From Somniosus microcephalus (taxonomy: Eukaryota), in NCBI GenBank assembly GCA_052327205.1, contig CM126214.1, forward strand, positions 140,244,001 to 140,308,000: a stretch of DNA of 64,000 bases. The letters run 5' to 3'. Positions 1-13,046 of the stretch are shown piece by piece (position 1 is the first letter of the stretch; every line of letters starts with the position of its first letter). The notes beneath the pieces were generated by a model, which worked only from the letters and a program-made list of their open reading frames with translations, was not told where the DNA came from and ran no database searches. Both the position numbers and the translations under genes were made by a program.

Positions 1-263
1 AATGCAGGTTGTTTCTTTCTTTGTACCGTATTTCATCATCAACAAACGTGAAGATGTGACACACGGTCAATGGAGATTTCTGTAGGGGTGAAAATGTAAC
101 ATATTTCATTTTTTTAAATAAAAAAGTGGCAACAACCTCCCACTAATTTGGCACACTGGCTCCCATTTGGCAGTTCACAGGAAATTAACCCCAGTCCATC
201 TCACCTCAACTTGGCCTTTGTTCCCCTCTCCATCCTTCCTCTACCTCCCACGTTGCCTGACTA

Positions 264-616
264 CACCAATCCCCAGTCACCTGCACCAATCCCCAGTCAC
301 CCGCACCAATCCCAAGTCACCCACACCAATCCCCAGTCACCCGCACCAATCCCCCGTCACCCGCACCAATCCCCCGTCACCCGCACCAATCCCCCGTCAC
401 CCGCACCAATCCCCCGTCACCCGCACCAATCCCCAGTCACCCGCACCAATCCCCAGTCACCCGCACCAATCCCCAGTCACCCGCACCAATCCCCAGACAC
501 CCGCACCAACCCCCAGTCACCCGCACCAACCCCCAGTCACCCGCACCAACCCCCAGTCACCCGCACCAACCCCCAGTCACCCGCACCAACCCCCAGTCAC
601 CCGCACCAATCCCCAG
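264..616. repeat. 20-bp minisatellite (CCCCAGTCACCCGCACCAAT)n, 17 full units plus partial ends
   Basis: Units are in register from 271 to 610. Variant units (CCCCCGTC, CCAAC) occur in adjacent runs. This repeat generates the low-complexity ORFs 148..747 and 167..691. Confidence 0.97.
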
Positions 617-1221
617 ATGACTCGGCTGCTTCATGCCCCATTTCTCAGGCTACCCATGAGCCATACCACAGGACAGCTACTAGTTTTATAAGCAAAAGTT
701 TAAATCAAAATCATCATGTAGATTTTTACAACTCTCCTTCCCTTTAGATTCTATGTCCATATTGTGATCTGGGGTTGAATGCAGAAAAAAAATGTGAAGT
801 AATTGCCATGGCTGGTTGCATCTTTCAGAAATAAAATCTATTGTACTATTTCTTTCAAACTACAAAAACAAAACAATAACCCTCCTGTGTTGCAAGAGGC
901 CCAAGTTTTGTGATGTACCAGTTCTCTGTGCCATGGTGTGCTGGGACGTAGGTCTCTCCTGTAGGTTGTTAGGCGGAAGCACCAATCAGGGGCAAGACTC
1001 TTCCATTAGGGGCCAGTGGGAAAATTAGAATGTGAATGAACCTCATAGCAGGAGGCTAATGAGTATATTGCCAAAGGAAAGGACGAGACCAGTCCGTGAA
1101 TACTCAAAGACGAACTTAGCACAACTTCATATGTATTTTCTAAATATTGGAACATATATTTGTTTGACATAATGCAAGTAATTATAAAAATACTTCCCAT
1201 TATTTTGTTGTTTTCTTACAG

Positions 1222-1384
1222 CATCCCTTCTCTCCCTCTTCTGGAGTGGCAGCTGCCAAGTCTATCAGGACCATATGAATTGCAGATTGAGGTACAGCCT
1301 AAACCTCACCATCGGGCGCACTATGAAACAGAAGGCAGCAGGGGAGCAGTTAAAGCACCAAGTGGTGGTCATCCTGTGGTCCAG
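1222..1384 (+). CDS. NFATC2: NFATC2 internal exon (approx. exon 3), start of the Rel-homology DNA-binding domain
   Basis: Acceptor ttttcttacag|C and donor CAG|gtaatc. Encodes [54 protein letters not shown], including the [12 protein letters not shown] recognition loop. KPHH and KAPxGGHPVVQ are NFATC2-type. Confidence 0.93.
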
Positions 1385-1704
1385 GTAATCTATTTAATTC
1401 TGAAAGATGATTTTACTAAGAACATAGAATTTCTTGTCCAGGCATAACACTTGCAGAATTCTGGTCTAAGCACACACTTTACCCCAATGATTTTTTTGTT
1501 TTCATTGCTCAAGATTAATTTCATTGAGAGACCAGGGCACATTTTAAGTAAATTGTAATCAATTTATTGCCTATTTATGCCTTTAACACAGAGTCATTCA
1601 GAGTTTTGCACATTAATTATTCTGTTCTAAGTATGCCTGTAATGCATTTATCTAAGAGATGTCTTAACTCCTGAAGCACAAATACGATTCATTTATGTAA
1701 AACG

Positions 1705-2203
1705 TTGGACGTGATTTTCATCTCCTGGCTCCTATTCTGCGCTGCAAAACAGGTGTCTGGCACTTGACTATCGGGGGAGGGGTGGGACCTTGGCTGCCCC
1801 AAGGCTCACCTAATACAATTTTCAGGTGGGCCTTTAAATGGGTGCACAACATACTCACCTGAAACGCTAGTTGTAGAACCCCGTTCACAAACACTCCATC
1901 CATTTGTACCAGGTGGTGAGCAGCCTAACCAGCGGTCCTTAATGGGGCCATTCAGCAAAAGGCCCAGAAATACATAAATCTTTGTGGGGCCAAGATTACC
2001 GATGGAGCCATTGGATTTCCTGACCCCAGTATGGCGAGCTGTCCCACTAGCGCCCACTGAGCACCCGGCAGCTCGCCCGAATTATGCTGACAAGGCCCTA
2101 ACCTGAAAATGGCTCCGGCCTCCCGACGCTGGCTTCGGGCGAGCAGTGCGGCAATGCCTCCGACTTCATGACCATATTGGGCTGAAGTTGAAAATTCCTC
2201 CAA
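1705..2203. mobile_element. Old non-autonomous DNA transposon (Harbinger-like MITE remnant)
   Basis: Degenerate terminal inverted repeats (ttggacgtgattttca ... tgaaaattcctccaa) around a GC-richer interior in AT-rich intron. Confidence 0.4.
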
Positions 2204-3931
2204 TGCCTCGCGGTCTGTTTTGTGTAAATTCAAACTTCTACCCACACTGCTGTGTCTCTCGGAATCTTTTGGTGCAGTCTTTTACTGTGTTGCAATTTTT
2301 AAAAAAGTAATTGGGGCTATTGGGAAAAGTCTTACCAAATGTTAATGTTTTTCAATCGGCTGCAGTTCCAGCATGGCTTTTCCTGTAATACCTTGTTTAG
2401 AGTTTCAGGTGGATGTCAAGAGTTATACACTGATTTAGCCACATCTGATGTCAGTTTGAAATACTAACACTTCTGAACTCTGGATTGGCTCAGGCATGTC
2501 TTAGATTTTGGAATGCAATTCGGAGTCACTGTGATGTATGGTGACCTGCTTAGGGAAAGTAGACCGTGAAAATACAGAGCAGAACATTTCCCGCTCTTTG
2601 CATCAGGTACTCCCCCTCTGTGAAAGCATGGGTTTAATGCAAGTTAAAGCCTCGTAACACTTTCCTTAACTGTAAACCTCAAAAGAGTACCTCCTTGGAT
2701 AACCATATGATATTTCCATTTCACTAGAACTCGTATAACCATTTCTGAGATTTACTACCAAATTAGGCTGTACTGCAGACTCGGGCTCGTCCTGAGCCAG
2801 TGAGCTGCAGTGCGACGCCCTCTCGGGGCGTGCAGCTCGCCAGGTGTATATTGATGAGGCCCAGCCCTCAAAATGAATCGGGCCTCCCACTGCAGGCGTC
2901 AGGCGTCAGACCCGTGCCTTCTGTCAGTCAGTTGCCCAGAAGCTAAAATTCCCCTTACTGCCTTTCCAAGAAACATCTAGTCATTAATCTAGACCAATTC
3001 GTTTTGAGAGTGTATTAATTATTGTTAGGAACACATCCTGACTCTTACATTATTTCAACTAAGCCCTAAATATGAAATGTTCTAAAAAGAAAATTCTCCC
3101 GATAGCAGAAGGTTCGATGTTTTCGTGGCCTACCCGTTATCTATTTTTGCAGTGTTTGATTGCCCTCATTTTCTTTTGCTTGTGGGCCGCACATGAGCTG
3201 GGTTCACATCCTTTGACTGTGATCTGTGGTTTTTTCATCTTGATGCTTCTTCCTCTATTTTTTAGATTTGGCCAGAAGTCACAGCGTTTTGCAAACATAA
3301 AGCATGCACACTCTTGAACAGCCCAGTGTTTGTTTTAAGGGACTGAAAATAATCTTCTCACCCACCTTGCACTTATTTAACATTGCAATTAATTCTTAGA
3401 AAATATATACTTTTTAATTTTAAGATGCAGGAAGAGAAGTGTTGATTTAACTTTGCCTAAAGTCACCATCACATTTTGAGATGGGAGAATGGGCGTCAAC
3501 AGAGGCTTTTCCATTTCCTGGTAGCGTGATGCTAGCGTGGCGCAGACATTTGTATTTATGCAGGGTAGTGGCGAGGGGGAGGGGAGATAAAACCATGTGA
3601 TAAAAGAGGAAGTTGTTCGTGACAGGATGATGAAACAAAATTGGAAGTGTGCTCAGGATATAAAGCATTGCAAACATTCAAATGTACCCACAGAGAATGA
3701 TATGCAAAGCAGTTTGGAATGCAGTACAGTCATTTGGATTTTAATAACAAATAATTCCCTTTTAAATTTTTGCCTAGTTGGTTGTTATTTAACAACTATC
3801 AGTGAAAAAAAATCAGCACAGGACTCATAAAAATCTTACAAAGTTCAGTTTTTGTTGATAATACAACAAAAAATATCCTTTCTTTATAATAAATAGCTGT
3901 GTGACTTTTGAATTACGTATACTTTTTAAAA

Positions 3932-4167
3932 CTACAAGAACTACATGCATTTATATAGCGCTTTTAACATAGTAAAACATTCTAAGGTGCTTCACAAGAG
4001 TGGAATGAGCCAGAAATTGACACCGAGCCTCAGAAGGAGATATTAGGACAAGTGACCAAAAGCTTGGTCAAAGAGGTAGGTTTTAAGGAGTGTCTTATAG
4101 GAGGAAAGAGAAGTAGAGAGGTTTAGGGAGGGAATTCCAGAGCTTAGGGCCTAGATGGCTGAAGGCC
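3932..4167 (-). mobile_element. L2-type LINE 3' end fragment
   Basis: Tail gcatttatatagcgc...aaggtgcttcac, followed by gaccaaaagcttggtcaaagaggtaggttttaagg...ggaattccag. A + strand relative lies at ~26000-26182. Confidence 0.65.
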
Positions 4168-5039
4168 TGGGCCAGAATACGTGCTTATGTCCTGAGAGGA
4201 ATTGGAATCTATAACATTCTGACTCAAAGCTAAGAGTGCCAGCAACTGAGCTAAGCTGCCACTCAAAAACAAATTTGGAAGCAGTCACGATAGGGTTTGT
4301 TTCTTCCCCCACCTCACAAAGAAAATCCTTACCAATGGTATACATCGATTCCTTCAATGCATAAATTAACTGAAGAGACCAGTGAGAAAATGTTTTATTT
4401 GCATTCAGTTGTGAGGTAGGCCTATTTAAAAAATGCTTATGCCTTGTTTGTTTTACTTCTATTTTTGTGCCCAATTTTCTGTTCATTTTCTCCTCCAAAG
4501 CCGTTATTCAGCCTGAAGTCAGCAGAGTTGGAAATAGATGCCTTATATAATGCCAGTCTCTTCAATGACAATGAATTGCGAACAGCTGCCCAGAGGGTAT
4601 CAATTCTCTGACAGCGCAGTAAACTGGCTTAAATTTGGCTAAGCTTGAATACAAATCTAACTCATCAGCGAAGCAGCTAAAAAAGTTTCAAGTACAAAAG
4701 AAAAAGCAATTGCAGTACAGGCATCCACCCATGTCTGGCAGCCAGCAAGGCTTTATGAGCTTGGACATTTTGTTTCTTAAGCATTAATAAAAGCTCTGTG
4801 CTTTATGATGTAAATATTGCATCCGAGTCAATACTTTTTGTCATTCTGCTCATGGTCTTTTGATAAAGATGGACACCACAGTCAATCACATCATGGTAGA
4901 CCGTAGCATACTTATGGCTACTAATCGAGCCACGAGTTACTGAATGTTTGACTTCCCTAGTTTTTATTTTCTGAAATATCACCTCATCCCATAATAGCTG
5001 CTTCTTGCCTGTCACTGTGAATGATAGCTCTCTTGTGAA

Positions 5040-7430
5040 TCTGTGCAATTGAAGTGAGACTTCCTTACTCTTGTACTCCAACCCCCTTGCAATAAAGGCC
5101 AACATGCCATTTGCCTTCCTAATTGCTTACTGTACCTGCACGCTAACGTTCTGTGTTTCCTGTACGAGGACACCTAAACCTCTCTGAACACCAACATTTA
5201 ATAGTTTCTCACCATTTAAAAAACACTCTGTTTTTCTATTCTTCCTACCAAAGTGAATAACCTCACATTATACTGCATCCACCTTATTGCCTACTCACTT
5301 AACCTGTCTATATCCCTTTGCAGGCTCTTTGTGTCCTCCTCACAGCTTACTTTCCCACCTAGCTTTGTATCATCAGCAAACTTGGATACATTGCACTCGG
5401 TCCCTTCATTTAAGTAATTAATATGGATTGTAAATAGCTGAGGCCCAAGCACTGATCCTTGCGGCACCCCACTAGTTGCAGCCTGCCAATCGGAAAACGA
5501 CCCATTTATCCCTACTCTTTGTTTTCTGTCCATTAATCAATCCTCTATCCATGCTAATATATTACCCCCAACCCCATGAGCCCTCATCTTGCATAGTAAC
5601 CTTTTATGTGGCACCTATCGAATGCTTTTTGGAAATCCAAATATACTACATCCACTGGTGTTCCCCATTATCTACCCTGCTAGTTACATCCTCAAAAAAC
5701 TTTAATAAGTTTGTTAAACACAATTTCCCTTTCATAAAACCATGTTGACTCTGCCTAATCATATTATGATTTTCTAAGTGCCCTGTTACCACTTCCTTAA
5801 TAATGGATTCTAGCATTTTTCTGATGACTGATATTAGGCTAACTGGCCTGTAGTTCCCTGTTTTCTCTCTCCCTCCTTTCTTGAATAGCGGGGTTACATT
5901 TGCTACCTTCCAATCCACTGGGACCATTCTAGAATCTAGGGAAGTTTGGAAGATCACAACCAATGCATCCACCATCTCTTCAGTCACCTCTTTTAGAACC
6001 CTAGGATGTAGGCCATCAGGTCCAGGGGATTTGTCGGCTTTTAGTCCCATTAGTTTCTCAAGTACTTTTTATCTACTGATAGTAATTACTTTAAGTTCCT
6101 CACTCTTATTAGCCCCTTGGTTCCCTACTATTTTTGGTATGCTTTTTGTGTTTTCTGAAGACAGATACAAAATATTTGTTTAAAATCTCTGTCATTTCCT
6201 TATTCCCATTATAATTTCACCTGTCTCGGCCTCTAAGGGACCAATGCTTACTTTTGCTACTCTCTTCCTTTTTACATACTTGTAGAAGTTCTCACAATCT
6301 GTTTTTATATTTCTTGCTGGTTTACTCTCATATTCTATTTTCTCCCTTTTTATCAATTTTTTTGGTCATCCTTTGCTAGTTTCTAAAGCTCTCCCAATCA
6401 TCAGACTTACTACTATTCTTCGCAACATTATAAGCCTCTTCTTTTAATCTAATACTATCCTTAACTTCTTTAGTTAGCCACGGATGGATCACTTTTCCCA
6501 TGGAGTTTTTATTTCTCAGTGGAATGTATATTCGTTGAGAATTTTGGACTATTTCTTTAAATGTTTGCCACTGCTTAGCTACAGTCATACCTTTTAATCT
6601 AATTTCCCAATCTATCTTAGCTAACTCACCCCTTCTACCTTATGTAATTGGCTTTATTTAAGTTTAAGACTCTCGTTTCCGACTGAAGTATTTAACTCTC
6701 AAACTCAATGTGAAATTTTATTATATTATGATCACTCTTTCCCAGAGGATCCTTTACTACGAGATTACTAATTAACGCTGTTTCATTACACAATACAAGA
6801 TCTAAAATAGCCTGTTCCTTGATTGGTTTCATGATGTATTGTTCTAGGAAACTGTCTTGAATGCATTCCATGAACTTGTCCTCCAGACTAGCTTTGCCAA
6901 TTTGATTTGCCCAGACAATATGAAGAATAAAGTCGCTCATGATTATTGTATTTCCTTTGTTACAAGCTCCTGTTATTTGTTGATTAATACTCAGTCCAAA
7001 GGTATAGCTACTGTTTGCGGGCCTATAAACTACTCCCACCAGTATTTTCTGCCCCTTGTTATTTCTTATCTCCACGCATACCTATTCTACTTCCTGATCT
7101 TCCAAGCCAAGATCCTTTCTCACTACTATCCTTATGTCATCCTTTATTATCAGGACTAACCCCCTCCTTTTCCATTGTCTTTTCTAAACGTCAAGTACCC
7201 TGGAACATTTAGTTCCCAACTTTCATCATCTTGCAACCACAGCTCTGTGATGGCTATTAGATCAAAGCCATTTATCTCTATTTGTGCCACTAATTCATCT
7301 ATCCTGTTACGAATGCTTCATGAATTCAGATAAAGAATCTTTAATTTTAACTTTTTACCATTATTCCCTGCTTTCACCTTATTCGCTGATGCACTTTTAC
7401 TGTTAAACTCTCTATCCCTTCCTGTTACAC
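5040..7430 (-). mobile_element. CR1 LINE ORF2 (APE endonuclease + RT), degraded, 3'-truncated
   Basis: Minus-strand ORF fragments: VGVVYRP (APE), [50 protein letters not shown]. Confidence 0.93.
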
Positions 7431-8258
7431 AGGCTGATCCAGGCAAGGTGAAACCCTCTCCAGTTTTTCTTTCTTTCCTGTGTGGAGTGTCTAGCATTCA
7501 CTGGTTTCCTGCAGTGTCATGGCTACAATTAGGAATTCATCCTCGGAGTGATTCTGTGTCTCATTGGTGGTGACGTAAACATAACCAGACTACCTCACAT
7601 TCTGTCACTAAGTCATTTTTAGGTTTAAAAAAAATTAAGATTGTTTTAGTTAAAATCAAAGCAATTCAAGCAGCATAAAACTCATTATTCCCTTGTCTCA
7701 CACTAGCCTTTTAGTAACAGAGTTTAATAAAAGAAAATACATTCTTTTTTAAAAATCATTTCATGAAAAGTTGGAGACAGGCAAGAAACTAGAGACTATT
7801 ATTCTTGGATTTCATGAAGTAAGCTAGGAAGTTGTTTTTGGCCCAGTGCTAAAGGTGGGTCCGACATACCTTTTATTAGGTTCAGATGTTTGCCCCATAG
7901 AATTAATTTGTTCAAAGGATGTTCATTGACATATGACATGAGAAAATGGCTCCTTTAAAGCTATGCGCATATGATCTCCAATGCTGGGTTTGTATTCCAG
8001 AAACCACCCACACTAGGTTTTCACAAAGAAATAGGCCAAGTAGAACAGAAGAGCATGACATCATCGATGAACCCTTTCCCCCTCCCCCATCCCTAGGCTA
8101 GATTATTTAGACATCTGTAAAATATTCAGCATTTTAAGAAAGAAAACGCAGAGATAACTGAATAGCCCCAGTTATTTTGAATGGAAGTTGATTGAGACCC
8201 AAGTGTAAATTAAATCTAATACTCTCCAACTATTTATAGCCAATTCGATGGTGTCAGA

Positions 8259-8552
8259 TCATAGAACCATGGAATGATACACACAGAAGGAGGCCGTTCG
8301 ACCCATTGTGCCTATGCCGGCTCTTTGAAAGAGCTATCCAATTAGTCCCACTTCCCCATCTCTTTTCCCAGAGCCCTGTAAACTTTTCCCTTTCAAGTAT
8401 TTATCCAATTCCTTTTTGAAAGTAGTTATTAAATCTGCTTCCATCACCCTTTCAGACAGTGCATTCCAGATCACAACAACTCGCTGCATAATAAAAAAAT
8501 TCTCCTCATTTCGCTTCTGGTTCTTTTGTCATTTATCTTAATGTGATGTGTC
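8259..8552 (-). mobile_element. CR1 3' tail fragment
   Basis: catagaa tail followed by cagaaggaggccgttcgaccc. Reverse-complement similar to 15620-15900. Confidence 0.8.
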
Positions 8553-10047
8553 CTAGTAAAGCACAGAAGCTTACAAGGAGCTACTTGTCCTGCAGAGCAC
8601 ACATTTAGGGCATGGCAAATACAGATTGTGTCTAAACACATTGGCACTGGTGATGAATTACAGTTCAGGCCTATTACCCACCTTCCTAAAATCCATCTTT
8701 GTTTTAGAAAGAACATTTCACTCTAGTGTAATTTAATTTGATACCAACATCAATGTACTAACAAAACAAAACTGAAGTATTCGGAGTCGCATATTATAAG
8801 AAGAATTTCCTTTCTAATACTGCAGCTTGACAAATGCTAGTGTTGGGATTCTACAGGCTGTGACTTGTAAAGGCTATGAGCAAGAATGCTGCACAACGCT
8901 GCCTTTCTGCAGATGTTTGAAAACCTTATATGGTGAAGGGGCCATTATAAAGATGGAGTTTTATATAGATCCTTGGTTAAAATTGCTTTTCTTTATTAGA
9001 TAAATAATGACTTGGTAAATAATACTCAATGCATTGGTGGTCATTGCATATCAGAAAGTGTTAGATTGAGAAGTTACTGTACTAGTACCAGTCTCAAATG
9101 ACAGACCTACAGGCTATAGAGGCACTCTGTTGCAGTTCACATGCCTACTTCATTATATTCTAGTGGTTAGTACTTCTTTCCAAGTCAGTTGTTTTGTCAC
9201 TCCAGTGTGCCTCAACCCCGCCCTCTCCCAAAGCCCCCAGAAGCCTTTGTGGTAGACTGAATAAATAGTTGGAAGAGGTTTAACCAATTTAGTTAGTTCA
9301 GTGATGTGGAAATACCTCCAACATAGACCATAATAATAGGTAATTAACTTTACTAAACTTGTAGGAGTATTTAAGTATTGAAATATCTATATGGTCTGAT
9401 ATGACATTAAATACCTAAAAATTCAATCTGGCTTTAATCTGGCTTATATAATTGTTAAACTTTTAAATCAAGAATTTATCGTACTTTATTTTTAATAATT
9501 GGAAATGACAGTACTGACATTGTTCAGATATTGAACTTGAGAATTCAAAGGACACTGCTGCTTTCATCTCACTTTCCACATTGTAGTATGCAGAGTTATT
9601 CAGCAATGTAATTAGTCAAGAGCCACGCAACATGTGATGTTTAAACTCAGTTCTAAAAACATACATTTGTTGTTTACCATGTCTTGAGGTTCACTCGGGA
9701 GGAACAGAACAGTAGTAGATAAAAATAAATGTGGCTCTTTTGCAAATTATTTGCATCATGTTATTAAATTTTCAGGCAACACTCGCACTTTGCTACCAAG
9801 GTTTAGAAACACCACACCGCCTTATGACAACAGAATGAAGCATGCTATCATGCTCTACTACAGTTTGCAATGGTTATGTGTAGAAAAGGTTTATAATTGT
9901 TTCCCATCTTCAACAGTGGCTGTATTCAGATTAGCAAACAACATTTTAATCAGTACCGCAACAAAGGAAAGCCTTCACTCAGTGCAGCTTAATCCCGCCC
10001 CTCGCACTCAATTTGGAGAGAAACCCTGTCCCCTGAAGCTGCTGAAA

Positions 10048-13046
10048 TTGAAATCCCACCACGGCAGCTGAGGAATTTAAATTCAGTTAATAAATAACTC
10101 TGGAATAAAAAGCTAGTATCAGTAACGGTGATCATGAAACTATTGGATTGTCGTAAAAACCCATCTGGTTCACTAATACCCTTTAGCGAAGGAAATCTGC
10201 CATCCTTACCTGGTCTGGCCTATATGTGACTCCAGACCCACAGCAATATGGTTGACCCTTAACTACCCTCTGAAATGGCCCAGCAAGCCACGCAGTTGTA
10301 AAAAAACACTACGAGAAATAATAAGAATAAAACCGGATGGCTCACCCAGCAGTGACCTCAGCACCGGCTACGAACATGGCAACGGCACACCCAGCCCTGT
10401 TGACCCTGCAAAGTCCTCCTCACCAACATCTGGGGACTTGTGCCAAAATTGGGAGAGCTGTCCCACAGACTCGTCAAGCAACAGCCTGACATAGTCATAC
10501 TCACAGAATTATACCTTTCAATCAATGTCCCAGATTCCTCCATCACTATCCCTGGGTATGTCCTGTCCCACTGACAGGACAGATCCACTGGGGTGGAGGC
10601 ACAGTGGTATACAGTTGGGAATGAGTGGCCCAGGGAGTCCTCAACATTGACTCCAGACCCCATGAAGTCTCATGGCTTCAGGTCAAGCATGGGCAAGGAA
10701 ACCTCCTGCTGATTACCACCTACCGCCCGCCCTCAGCTGATTAATCAATACTCCTCCATGTTGAACACCACTTGGAAGAAGCACTGAGAGTAGCAAGGGC
10801 ACAGAATGTACTCTGGGTGGGGGACTTCAATGTCCATCACCAAGAGTGGCTCAGTAGCACCACTACTGACCGAGCTGGCCTGGTCCTGAAGGACACAGCT
10901 GCCAGTCTGGGCCTGCGACAGGTGGTGAGAGAACCACGAGGGAAAAACCTACTTGACCTCTGTCATGAATCTTGCCATTCATGTAGAAATGAATCATGAG
11001 ATAACACTGGGCGACCAGCTGGTGGGGCCAAGGAATGTATAAATACTCGGGCGTGGGCCCAGCTTGCTCAGGACATTTTTGTAACCAGGAACTAGTAATG
11101 TAACTAGAGCTCATGGTTGTGAAACAGTTGATTAAAGCCTTGTTTTATACTCAAACCAAGTGCTTAGTAGTTTTCTTACGTCAACCTCGTCCTCCCCAAT
11201 CTACCTGTCACAGATGCATCTGTCATGACAGCATTGGTAGCAGTGACCACTGCACAGTCATTGTGGAGACAAAGTCCCGTCTTCACACTGAGGCCATCCT
11301 CCATCGTGTTGTGTGGCACTACCACCATGCTAAATGGGATAGATTCAAAACAGATCTAGCAGCTCAAAATTGGACATCCATGAGGCGCTGTGGGCCATCA
11401 GCACAGCAGAATTGTATTCCACCACAATCTGTAACCTCATGGCTCGGCATATCCCTCACTCTACCATTACCATCAAGCCAGCGGAACAACCCTGGTTCAA
11501 TAAAGAGTGTAGAAGAGCATGCCAGGAGCAGTACCAGGCGTACCTAAAAACGAGGTGCCAACCTGGGGAAGCTGTAACACGACTACATGCATGCTAAAAA
11601 GCAGAAGCAGCATGCTATAGACAGAGCTAAGCAATCCCACAATCAACGAATCAGATCAAAGCTCTGCAGTCCTGCCACATCCAGTCGTGAATGGTGGTGG
11701 ACCATTAAAAAACTAACAGGAGAAGGAGGTTCCATGAATATCCCCATCCTCAATGATGGTGCAGCCCAGCACATGAGCGCAAATGACGAAGCTGAAGCGT
11801 TTGCAACCATCTTCAACCAGAAGTGCAGAGTGGATGATTCATATCAGCCTCCTCCTGAGGTCCCCGCCATCACAGAAGCCAGTCTTCAGCCAATTCAATT
11901 CACTCCACGTGACATCAAGAAACGGCAGAGCACACTGATACAGCAAAGGCTATGGGCCCTGACAATATCCCAGCTATCGTGCTGAAGCCTTGTGCTCCAG
12001 AACTAGCTGCGCCTCCAGCGAAGCTATTACAGTACAGCTACAACACTGGCATCTATCCAACAATGTGGAAAACTGCCCAGGTATGTCCTGTCCACAAAAA
12101 GCAGGACAAATTCAATCCAGCCAATCCGACCCCATCAGTCTACTCTCAATCATCAGCAAAGTGATGGAAGGTGTCGTTGACAGTGCTATCAAGCAACACC
12201 TACTCACCAATAACATGCTCGCTGATGCCCAGTTTGGGTTCCGCCAGGACCACTTGGCTCCAGAGCTCATTACAGCCTTGGTCCAAACATAGACAAAGGA
12301 GCTGAATTACAGAGGTGAGGTGAGAGTGGCTGCCCTTGACATCAAGGAAGCATTTGACCAAGTGTGGTATCAAGGAGCCTTAGTAAAACTGAAGTCAATG
12401 GGAATCAAGGGGAAACTCTCCACTGGCTGGAGTCATATCTAGCACAAAGGAAGATGGTTGTGGCGGTTGGAGGTCAATCATCACAACCCCAGGACATTGC
12501 TGCAGGAGTTCCCCAAGGCAGTGTCCTAGGCCCAACCATCTTCAGCTGCTTCATCAATGACCTTCCCTCTAACATAAGGTCAGAAATGGGGATGTTTGTT
12601 GAAGACTGCACAGTGTTCAGCGCCATTCGCAACTCCTCAGATAATGAAGCAGTCCGTGCCTGCCTGCAGCAATACCTGGATGACAGTCAGGCTTGGGCTG
12701 ATAAGTGGCAAGTAACATTCGTGCCACACAAGTGCCAGGCAATGACTATCTCTAATAAGCGAGCATCTAACCACCGCCCCTTGACATTCAACGGCATTAC
12801 CATCGCAGAATCCCCCACCATCAATATCCTGGCGGTCACCATTGACCAGAAACTTAACTGGACCAGCCACAAAAATACTGTGGCTACAAGAGCAGGTCAG
12901 AGGCTAGGTATTCTGTGGCGAGTGTCTCACCTCCTGACTCCCCAAAGCCTTTCCACCATCTACAAGGCACAAGTTATGAATGTGATGGAATATTGTCCAC
13001 TTGCCTGGATGAGTGCAGCTCCAACAACACTCAAGAAGCTCGACAT
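10048..13046 (+). mobile_element. CR1-group (Zenon-like) LINE, near-full-length, with a SINE-like 5' region and single APE-RT ORF (frameshifted)
   Basis: APE N-terminus KVLLTNIWGL...PDIVILTE from ~10410, then [41 protein letters not shown]...MEY. The subfamily name rests on recall of this motif style. Confidence 0.85.
10961..11183 (+). mobile_element. Solo LTR (223 bp) inserted in the LINE
   Basis: TG...CA termini, perfect 5-bp TSD ACCTC (10956-60 / 11184-88), TATAAAT at ~11038 and ATTAAA at ~11131. Removing it restores the LINE sequence ctacttgacctcgtcctc. Confidence 0.9.

Noticed and set aside
264-616. CRISPR-like array
   Set aside because: Head-to-tail repeats with no unique spacers, no cas genes, and a vertebrate intron context.
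148-747. Pro/His/Thr-rich ORFs of 199 and 174 aa
   Set aside because: Translations of the 20-bp minisatellite, with non-ATG starts and no splice context.
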